Assembly: GCA_017558115.1 (NCBI GenBank)
Contig: JAFYWG010000061.1
Coordinates: forward strand, 83,287-147,286
Direction: 5' to 3'
DNA: 64,000 nt
Source: Alistipes sp.
GTDB lineage: Bacteria > Bacteroidota > Bacteroidia > Bacteroidales > Rikenellaceae
This document shows, piece by piece, positions 56,951-64,000 of this stretch. The notes beneath the pieces were generated by a model that saw nothing but the letters and a program-made list of their open reading frames with translations, was not told the origin of the DNA and did not search any database. Position 1 is the first letter of the stretch; every line of letters starts with the position of its first letter. The position numbers and the translations under genes were made by a program.

Positions 56951-57694
56951 CTATTTGCGGTAGGTGTAGTATGCGCCAGCCTGGCATGTAGGCATAAGCA
57001 CGATGTCGTTGACGTTCATATGTGCGGGGAGGTTGAGCATCCAGCTTATTGCCTCGGCGATATCCTCGCCCTGCAACGCATCAACACCCTTATATACACC
57101 CGCTGCACGCTCCTTATCGCCATGGAAGCGCACCTCCGAGAACTCTGTCTCTACCATACCGGGGCGCACCTCGCCAACCTTGATGCCTGCGCTGAGCAAG
57201 TCGGCACGCATAGCCTGTGAGATGGCGTGTACGGCATGCTTCGATGCGCAATATACCGCGCCATTCTCGTAGGGCTCGGTGCCCGCGATAGAGCCGATGT
57301 TGATGATGTGACCACCCTGGCCCGCCTCAACCATGGCGTGACTGATAATCTTTGTTACGTAGAGCAGACCCTTCACGTTGGTGTCGATCATGGCATCCCA
57401 GTCGCGTGAGTCGCCACGGTCGATATGCTCCAAACCAGCTGCGAGACCTGCGTTGTTAACCAATACGTCGACACGACCAAGGGGTGTGAGGTGCTCGATG
57501 CACTCTGCCTCGGAGCGTACGTCGAAGTTTAGAACCATGCACTCTGCACCTTTTGCCTCAACCTCCTTTTTGAGTGCCTCAAGGCGATCCATACGGCGGC
57601 CGGTGATGATAATCTCGGTGTTGGGAGCAGCCAACTTAAGTGCTGTAGCGCGACCAATACCCGATGTCGCACCTGTAACAAGAATTCGTTTCAT
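56951..57694 (-). CDS. NADP-dependent SDR oxidoreductase (YdfG-like)
   Basis: TGATSGIG, NNAGLA, YCASK and PGMVETEFSEVRF. Confidence 0.9.
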   Translation of the reverse strand: MKRILVTGATSGIGRATALKLAAPNTEIIITGRRMDRLEALKKEVEAKGAECMVLNFDVRSEAECIEHLTPLGRVDVLVNNAGLAAGLEHIDRGDSRDWDAMIDTNVKGLLYVTKIISHAMVEAGQGGHIINIGSIAGTEPYENGAVYCASKHAVHAISQAMRADLLSAGIKVGEVRPGMVETEFSEVRFHGDKERAAGVYKGVDALQGEDIAEAISWMLNLPAHMNVNDIVLMPTCQAGAYYTYRK

Positions 57695-57712
57695 AGTATC
57701 GTAGTTTTAGAT

Positions 57713-59578
57713 TTATATTCTCTCAATGGTCTTAAGAAGTGCCTCCTCGTCGTAGGCGCAGTCGGCGTATAGCTCTGCGGGCTTGCCATGCTCGATAAAC
57801 GTGTCGCCGATGCCGAGGTTTTCCACTCGGGGTGTGTAGCCATGGCGCGAGAAGTGTGCTGCGATAGCCTCGCCCACACCACCACGCACGGCACCATCCT
57901 CGATGGTGATAACCTTCTCGAAGCGGCTACCTATGGTGTTCAGTAACTCCTCATCAAGGGGTTTTACGTAGCGTAGGTCGTAGACAGCAACGCTACGTGT
58001 GCTCTGCTCGGCGGCGCGTAGTGCCACATTTGCCATGGGGCCCGTGGCGATGATGGCGATGTCGTTACCCGCCTTTAGCTCCTCGCCGCGTGTGTCAAGC
58101 TCCACAAACTCCGTGTCGCGCCACTCTACGCCCTCGCCCAAGCCGCGGGGGTAGCGTATGACTGTGGGGCGGTTGGCCTTAGATGCCGCGTACATCATCT
58201 GGCGTAGCTGCCACTCGTTACGTGGCGCAGCGATGGTGAGGTTAGGCACGCAACTGAAGTAGGCGATGTCGAAGGCACCATGGTGTGTTGCGCCATCCTC
58301 ACCCACGAGGCCTGCGCGGTCGAGGCACATGACTACGGGGAGGTTCTGCAGCGCCACGTCGTGGATGACATTGTCGTAGGCGCGCTGCATAAAGGATGAG
58401 TAGATATTGCAGAAGGGGCGGCTACCCGCTGCTGCAAGACCTGCAGAGAAGGTCACGGCGTGACCCTCGGCGATGCCCACATCGAAGCAGCGCTCGGGTA
58501 TCTCGCGCATCATAATATTCATAGAGCATCCCGAAGGCATGGCGGGGGTGATGCCCACGATGCGCTCGTCAATGCGTGCAAGGTCGAGAAGAGTCTGGCC
58601 AAAGACATCCTGATAGCGGTCGGCACTATATGTCGTTGTGGCACGCTTGCCCGTGGCGAGGTCGAAGCATCCTGGGGCGTGCCATACTGAGGGGTCGCTC
58701 TCGGCGGGGGCGTAGCCCTTGCCCTTTATCGTCTTGATATGTAGAAGTTTGGGACCTCCGATGTCCTTGAGGCTCTTGAGTACGTCGATAAGTTGCTCGA
58801 GGTTGTGTCCGTCGACAACGCCAAAGTAGCGGAAGTTAAGGCTCTCGAAGAGGTTGCTATTGCGCAGTATGCCATGCTTCACGGCATTGCCCGTGCGGCG
58901 TGCTAACTTCAACACGGGTGGCACCTTGGCCAAGATGCCCCACAACGAACGCTTGAAGTGGTTATACCACTTCGAGGTAGATATGTGCAGTAGGTAGCGG
59001 TCGAGGGCTCCCGAGGGCTTGTCGATGGACATCTCGTTGTCGTTAAGGATGACGAGAATGTCGGTTTGGGGTGAGGCGCCCGCATTGTTAAGGCCCTCAA
59101 AGGCGAGGCCTCCAGTGAGTGCGCCGTCGCCAATCACAGCCACGACATGGCTCTTCTCATTTTGTAGCTCCATGGCCTTGGCGATGCCAAAGGCGGCAGA
59201 GATGCTGACTGAGGAGTGGCCTGCACCGAAGTTGTCGTACTCGCTCTCTGCCATGCGGGGGAAGCCACTGATGCCACCGCGCTTGCGGTTGGTGATAAAG
59301 GCATCGCGACGCCCCGTGATGATCTTATGGGCATAGGCCTGGTGGCCCACATCCCACACTATGCGGTCCTGGGGAGTGTTATAGACATAGTGAAGCGCTG
59401 TGGCAAGCTCCACAGTACCGAGGCTTGAGCCGAGGTGTCCGGGGTTTACGGCGCAGCACTCTATAATGTAGCGACGCAACTCGTCGACATACTCCCTTAA
59501 CTCGCTCACGCTCATGCGGCGTAGCTCGGCAGGGGAGTCTACATTGTTCAAGTGTCTATATGTATGATTCTTTAGCAT
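57713..59578 (-). CDS. dxs: 1-deoxy-D-xylulose-5-phosphate synthase
   Basis: GHLGSSLG, WDVGHQAY, GDGALTGG, DVGIAEGHAV and DRAGLVGEDGATH. Confidence 0.97.
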   Translation of the reverse strand: MLKNHTYRHLNNVDSPAELRRMSVSELREYVDELRRYIIECCAVNPGHLGSSLGTVELATALHYVYNTPQDRIVWDVGHQAYAHKIITGRRDAFITNRKRGGISGFPRMAESEYDNFGAGHSSVSISAAFGIAKAMELQNEKSHVVAVIGDGALTGGLAFEGLNNAGASPQTDILVILNDNEMSIDKPSGALDRYLLHISTSKWYNHFKRSLWGILAKVPPVLKLARRTGNAVKHGILRNSNLFESLNFRYFGVVDGHNLEQLIDVLKSLKDIGGPKLLHIKTIKGKGYAPAESDPSVWHAPGCFDLATGKRATTTYSADRYQDVFGQTLLDLARIDERIVGITPAMPSGCSMNIMMREIPERCFDVGIAEGHAVTFSAGLAAAGSRPFCNIYSSFMQRAYDNVIHDVALQNLPVVMCLDRAGLVGEDGATHHGAFDIAYFSCVPNLTIAAPRNEWQLRQMMYAASKANRPTVIRYPRGLGEGVEWRDTEFVELDTRGEELKAGNDIAIIATGPMANVALRAAEQSTRSVAVYDLRYVKPLDEELLNTIGSRFEKVITIEDGAVRGGVGEAIAAHFSRHGYTPRVENLGIGDTFIEHGKPAELYADCAYDEEALLKTIERI

Positions 59579-59680
59579 ATTAGCTCAATACTTCAAATTA
59601 AAATCGCTTCGCCTTGGGGCATACGACTATTCAAGCGTACAAATATAATAATTATTTTCGTTTTGTCGTTTGCAGTTCCA

Positions 59681-60733
59681 CTACTTCACTCTAAGCTTCT
59701 TGCCAATCTTGAGGATGTCGGTCTTCTTCATGTTGTTCAACTCGCAGAGCCTCTTTACTGTTGTGCCATACTTTGCTGCGATATGGCCGAGCGTGTCACC
59801 CGATACGATGGTGTGATATTGGTAGTTTGCATCCGTAGTCGAAGGCGTGCTAACGTTGGGAAAAGACGTTGTTGAGGGGTCGATGAACTTCACCTTGCCA
59901 CCATTTAGCGGAAGACCTTCATAGGCCCTCTTTGAACTGCTGTAGCGTGAGTATGGTATCTCGACGCTCAAATCCACGGGGCGATTCTCGTCGGCTGTAG
60001 AGTGCTTCATGAGCCACTCGTAGATCTCCTCGATGTAGAATACACGTGCATAGACAGAGTGGTTGGCACCCGCCTGCTCGTCGTAGCGAAGACGAGGAAG
60101 TATGGTGTCACCCTGAAACATCGCATTACGCACCTTGCGTGACTCGCTAACGCCAACTGCCGTATCTGCTGTGCCGTGCATAATCCAAAGAGGTACCTCG
60201 TTGAGTTGCTGGAGTGTTGTGGTATTTAGTGTTGAACCACCACACATAGCCACTGCTGCAGCCACGCGGTCGGGATATGTTGCCGCGAAGTCGATAGTTC
60301 CGAAACCTCCAAGACTCATGCCCATGACGTAGAGGCGCGTGGAGTCAACATCGTAGCGTGAGCTCACCCAGTCAACAATATTCATGACCCTCTCGGGGCG
60401 CCAACTCTGGCTGTGGTTGACCTGTGGCGCGATGACTATAGCGTCGATCGTACGACCACGCCAAAGAGCATCAATCACGCCATACTCGCGTACCTTGTTA
60501 AGATTTGAACCGCTGAGGCTACGCCCGTGGAGGAAGAGAATGACGGGAAGAGGCTTTGCCACCTCGATGCTATCGCTGGCCTCTTGACGTATTACGCGGT
60601 TGTCGTTATATTCGCTTGGCACGTAGAGCCAAAAGTCGTAGCCGTTTTTTACCGAGTCACGCATGGCGTAGACCTGTGCCGAGGCTATGCTTGGCAAGAT
60701 AACCAATATAAGAAGAGGAATAAGTCGCTTCAT
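59681..60733 (-). CDS. Secreted alpha/beta-hydrolase (esterase/peptidase) with C-terminal LysM domain
   Basis: Signal peptide, LFLHG, GMSLGG and HGTAD; LysM YHTIVSGDTLGHIAAKYGTTV. Confidence 0.88.
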   Translation of the reverse strand: MKRLIPLLILVILPSIASAQVYAMRDSVKNGYDFWLYVPSEYNDNRVIRQEASDSIEVAKPLPVILFLHGRSLSGSNLNKVREYGVIDALWRGRTIDAIVIAPQVNHSQSWRPERVMNIVDWVSSRYDVDSTRLYVMGMSLGGFGTIDFAATYPDRVAAAVAMCGGSTLNTTTLQQLNEVPLWIMHGTADTAVGVSESRKVRNAMFQGDTILPRLRYDEQAGANHSVYARVFYIEEIYEWLMKHSTADENRPVDLSVEIPYSRYSSSKRAYEGLPLNGGKVKFIDPSTTSFPNVSTPSTTDANYQYHTIVSGDTLGHIAAKYGTTVKRLCELNNMKKTDILKIGKKLRVK

Positions 60734-60753
60734 GGCTCTTCGTTTGAGGGTGG

Positions 60754-62289
60754 TTAACGGATTCTAAACATGTGAATTTCGCGACCGCGGCTTCCAACAC
60801 ACACATAGTTGTCGATAACAACGGGCGATGACTCGAAGTTGTTGGCCAGACGCTGCTTAAATATTATGCGGCCAGTTGAAGCCTCGATAAGGTAGGCGTT
60901 GCCAATAACGTCGCCAGTGAAGATATACATCTTCTCCTCGGCGGTGTAGAGTGCCACGGGCGATGACCACGAGTAGTTTGCCAGACGTGTGCTGTAGACA
61001 ACCTTGCCACTCTTGCGATTGATAGCCACGAATGTGCCGGTGTCTGATGTGCCCATGCCGCAGATGTTTGTGAAGATGAGACCTTCGCAGTCGCCGTGAC
61101 CAAGAAGCGGTGTCGAGAACATGCCGCCCTCGATAGTCTTTGTGCTATCTCCCATTTTGCGGCAGGCAATCTTATTCTGCCAGATAACCTCACCAGTCAG
61201 GGCATTGAGTTTTGTGAAGTGGCAGTAGCCATGGCTCGTCTGCTTGTCGACAGCAGAGCCAGCGTAGAGTACCACTTCGCCATCCTCCTCGGCAACAATG
61301 ATAGTTGCATCAGTGTCGTCGGCATTGCTAAAACACCACACAGGCTTCAAGGTGTTGATATTGGTGCAGAGGATGTTACCGCGATTATCGCTCGTGAATA
61401 GGTAGTTTTTATAGACCGCGGGTGATGACTCTATACCAGGGGCAATACCACCCTTGCGATAACGCATTTTGCTCTGCATAGAAACACTATTCTCCGTAGT
61501 CGCAAGTTTGTATATTGTGCCATTCTCACCTGGGCGAATCACAAAGTCGTCGACAACAATTGCCGAAGCATCGTAGGCTCCCCAGCGTCTCCAGGCCTTG
61601 TTGTCGCGACCGAAATAGTCGAGCTGCTTATGGTCGAAAATATTGTAGACAACAGCACCAATAGCTCCCTCCGAGGGGATGCCCTGACCAACATATAGGT
61701 TGCCGTTGAGGCGAGGGTCGAGTGATATAGAACCCTTGATAGGGTTTTTGCCGATTAGTGCTTCGCGTGATGCCTTGCCTGTCGCGAAGTCGATGAAGTA
61801 GACATTGCCACAGAGCGATCCCACGATAATCTCGCGATTGCTAAACTGCGCGGTGAGCTTTGTTGAACGTTCACGCTGCATCTCCATGAGCGAGTCGCTC
61901 CACTCCACAAATACTGGCTGACCAGTCCAGCCTGAACCACCACCCCAGATGCCATAGTCGGTCTGTCGGCTATCGAAGTCGGTGCGGAATGTCCATGCCA
62001 CCTCAATGAGCGATGGCACACTATCGAGTTTGCCAGCGTATGGCATATCGCGGCGTGGCGAGCCTCGGAAGGTGAAGATGCCTGGGGCATCAGCATAGAG
62101 GTCGCGATGGCTGCGAAGGTTAGCATCGGCCAGAGTGTCGAGAATCTCGATTTGGTACTCGATACCCTTTGCCGAGGTGTATGTCGTGTCGGGCAAATCG
62201 CACTGAGCCGAGGCCGTATCGACGGCAAAAAGCATGAGTGCGAGGCTTGCTACTCGTTTCAAACCTGTGAGTTTCATATCACTTTTCAT
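60754..62289 (-). CDS. Secreted PQQ-like beta-propeller protein
   Basis: Signal peptide, TFRG, WTGQP and repeated SSP/STP blades with xxTGxxxW motifs. Confidence 0.78.
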   Translation of the reverse strand: MKSDMKLTGLKRVASLALMLFAVDTASAQCDLPDTTYTSAKGIEYQIEILDTLADANLRSHRDLYADAPGIFTFRGSPRRDMPYAGKLDSVPSLIEVAWTFRTDFDSRQTDYGIWGGGSGWTGQPVFVEWSDSLMEMQRERSTKLTAQFSNREIIVGSLCGNVYFIDFATGKASREALIGKNPIKGSISLDPRLNGNLYVGQGIPSEGAIGAVVYNIFDHKQLDYFGRDNKAWRRWGAYDASAIVVDDFVIRPGENGTIYKLATTENSVSMQSKMRYRKGGIAPGIESSPAVYKNYLFTSDNRGNILCTNINTLKPVWCFSNADDTDATIIVAEEDGEVVLYAGSAVDKQTSHGYCHFTKLNALTGEVIWQNKIACRKMGDSTKTIEGGMFSTPLLGHGDCEGLIFTNICGMGTSDTGTFVAINRKSGKVVYSTRLANYSWSSPVALYTAEEKMYIFTGDVIGNAYLIEASTGRIIFKQRLANNFESSPVVIDNYVCVGSRGREIHMFRIR

Positions 62290-62502
62290 TATTATTAATT
62301 TGCGAAGGTAGCGATTTTATTTCTAATAATACCATTTTGCGTTCAATATCTCGTTTTTTAGGGCTAAGCGGCTCTCGATTTCTGCTAAATGGCACGAGTC
62401 GAGGGGTAAGGTAAAATTAGATGGCTAAAAAATTGTGATTTTAATCGAAAAATTACTATCTTCGCATTCGATATAGATGTTTAACTCTCCGAAATCATTA
62501 AT

Positions 62503-63219
62503 ATGACAACAGCAAAATACAAGAGAATACTCCTCAAGCTCAGTGGCGAGTCACTCCAGGGTAAGCAGAATTATGGTCATGACGTAGAGGTGCTCAACGC
62601 CTATGCCGGGCAGATTAAAACTATCCACGCCATGGGCGTAGAGATAGGCGTCGTCATTGGTGGCGGTAATATCTTCCGTGGCATTCAGGGTGCAGGTCGT
62701 GGCTTCGACCGCGTGAAGGGCGACCAGATGGGTATGCTCGCAACAGTCATCAACTCGTTGGCGCTACAGTCGGCATTGGAGTCGCAGGGCGTGAAGTGTA
62801 AAGTGTTGACATCTATACGTATGGAGCCTATCGGTGAGTACTACTCTAAGGCTAAGGCATTGGAGTACCTCGAGGCGGGATATGTCGTTATCATCGGTGG
62901 TGGTACCTCTAATCCCTACTTCTCTACCGACACTGCTTCGGCATTGCGCGGCATAGAGATCGAGGCCGACATCATGTTCAAGGGTACACGCGTCGATGGC
63001 ATCTACACCGCCGACCCCGAGAAGGATCCTACAGCTACGAAGTTCGATACTATCACCTTCGACGAGGTCTTGGCACGCCGCTTGAAGGTTATGGACCAGA
63101 CAGCCTTCACCCTCTGTCGCGAGAACCACTTGCCACTTATGGTATTCGATATGGATACTCCTGGTAACCTCGAGAAGGTTATCCGTGGCGAGAACATCGG
63201 CACCGTGGTTACAGAGTAG
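62503..63219 (+). CDS. pyrH: UMP kinase
   Basis: RILLKLSGE, GGGNIFRG, DQMGMLAT and PYFSTD. Confidence 0.97.
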   Translation: MTTAKYKRILLKLSGESLQGKQNYGHDVEVLNAYAGQIKTIHAMGVEIGVVIGGGNIFRGIQGAGRGFDRVKGDQMGMLATVINSLALQSALESQGVKCKVLTSIRMEPIGEYYSKAKALEYLEAGYVVIIGGGTSNPYFSTDTASALRGIEIEADIMFKGTRVDGIYTADPEKDPTATKFDTITFDEVLARRLKVMDQTAFTLCRENHLPLMVFDMDTPGNLEKVIRGENIGTVVTE

Positions 63220-63257
63220 GGGCGACCTTTTATTAACTAAAAACGTAAAAAAAAACT

Positions 63258-63863
63258 ATGGCTACCAAGAGACACACGAAGCGTGGTTCGACGCTCACGC
63301 TTGCTATATTGCTCGTTGTGCTTATCGCTATTACCGCATACCTTGTAGTATCGATTAAGAACGACGCTAAGGCTGCGGAGTTTAACGCTGTGACCCTCGC
63401 GCAGGATGATCCCGACGACTTGGCCGAGACAACGCTAATAAATGCTGGCGATATGGCTCCCGACTTCACTGTTGATATGCTTGATGGCAGCAAGGTGACA
63501 CTCTCGAAGTTGCAGGGTAAGCCCACATTGCTCATCTTCTGGGCTACGTGGTGCCCTCCATGCCGCATGGAGTTGTCGAAGTTGCAGGAGCACATTATAG
63601 ACCGCTATGGCGACAGCATCAACGTGCTTCCTATCTCGCGTGGCGAGGAGCGTGCAAAGGTTGAGGACTACATCTCGAAGATGGGTTACACCTTTGCTGT
63701 TGGCCTCGATGGCGACCAGAGCATCTATAAGAAGTATGCTACAAACTACATCCCTCGCTGCTTCGTTATCGACGCCCAGGGTAAGGTGTTGTACTCGGGT
63801 GTAGGCTACGACGATGAGATAGCAAAGCAGGTAGAGCAGAATATCGAGGAAGCTCTTCGTTAA
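63258..63863 (+). CDS. TlpA-family thiol-disulfide oxidoreductase, membrane-anchored
   Basis: N-terminal TM helix, APDF, FWATWCPPC and IPRCFVID. Confidence 0.92.
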   Translation: MATKRHTKRGSTLTLAILLVVLIAITAYLVVSIKNDAKAAEFNAVTLAQDDPDDLAETTLINAGDMAPDFTVDMLDGSKVTLSKLQGKPTLLIFWATWCPPCRMELSKLQEHIIDRYGDSINVLPISRGEERAKVEDYISKMGYTFAVGLDGDQSIYKKYATNYIPRCFVIDAQGKVLYSGVGYDDEIAKQVEQNIEEALR

Positions 63864-63897
63864 TATGCAGATTATTAAACAAATAAGATAAAAAATT

Positions 63898-64000
63898 ATG
63901 GATACCAAGACTATTCTAAATGAAGCAACTGACCGCATGCAGCGCGCTTTGGATCACCTCGTTGAGGAGTTGTTGAACATCCGTGCTGGTAAGGCCTCTG
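63898..64000 (+). CDS. frr: Ribosome recycling factor, N-terminal part (runs off the window end)
   Basis: Translates to MDTKTILNEATDRMQRALDHLVEELLNIRAGKAS; located near pyrH. Confidence 0.9.
   Translation, partial: MDTKTILNEATDRMQRALDHLVEELLNIRAGKAS

Overview
This 64-kb window is chromosomal DNA from a Bacteroidota anaerobe, most likely Rikenellaceae (Alistipes-like). That call rests on gene content and on repeated TAnnTTTG promoter boxes. Housekeeping genes include the polA 3' end, rpoN, asnS, rlmH, dapF, dapD, proC, dxs, pyrH, the frr 5' end and two tRNA-Gly. The main accessory feature is a 20-gene, ~21.7-kb minus-strand aryl-polyene/flexirubin-type cluster (9294-30958) that starts with a tyrosine ammonia-lyase and has no recognisable darA/darB. 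A fabH-fabF-fabG operon lies divergent from a membrane-bound LytTR regulator, with three TTYACCACA repeats at 20-bp period before its promoter. The least-explained stretch is 43.47-46.55 kb. It holds two abutting 127-128-bp hairpins with compensatory stem changes plus two half-copies, a divergent HTH-like gene/membrane Ser/Thr kinase pair, and a ~280-nt structured leader before a small membrane protein. Other oddities are an in-frame internally deleted cstA, an apparently catalytically dead GH2, an ERIC-sized MITE, two AT-rich orphan ORFs and an IS1595 remnant. All calls were made by eye with no database searches.
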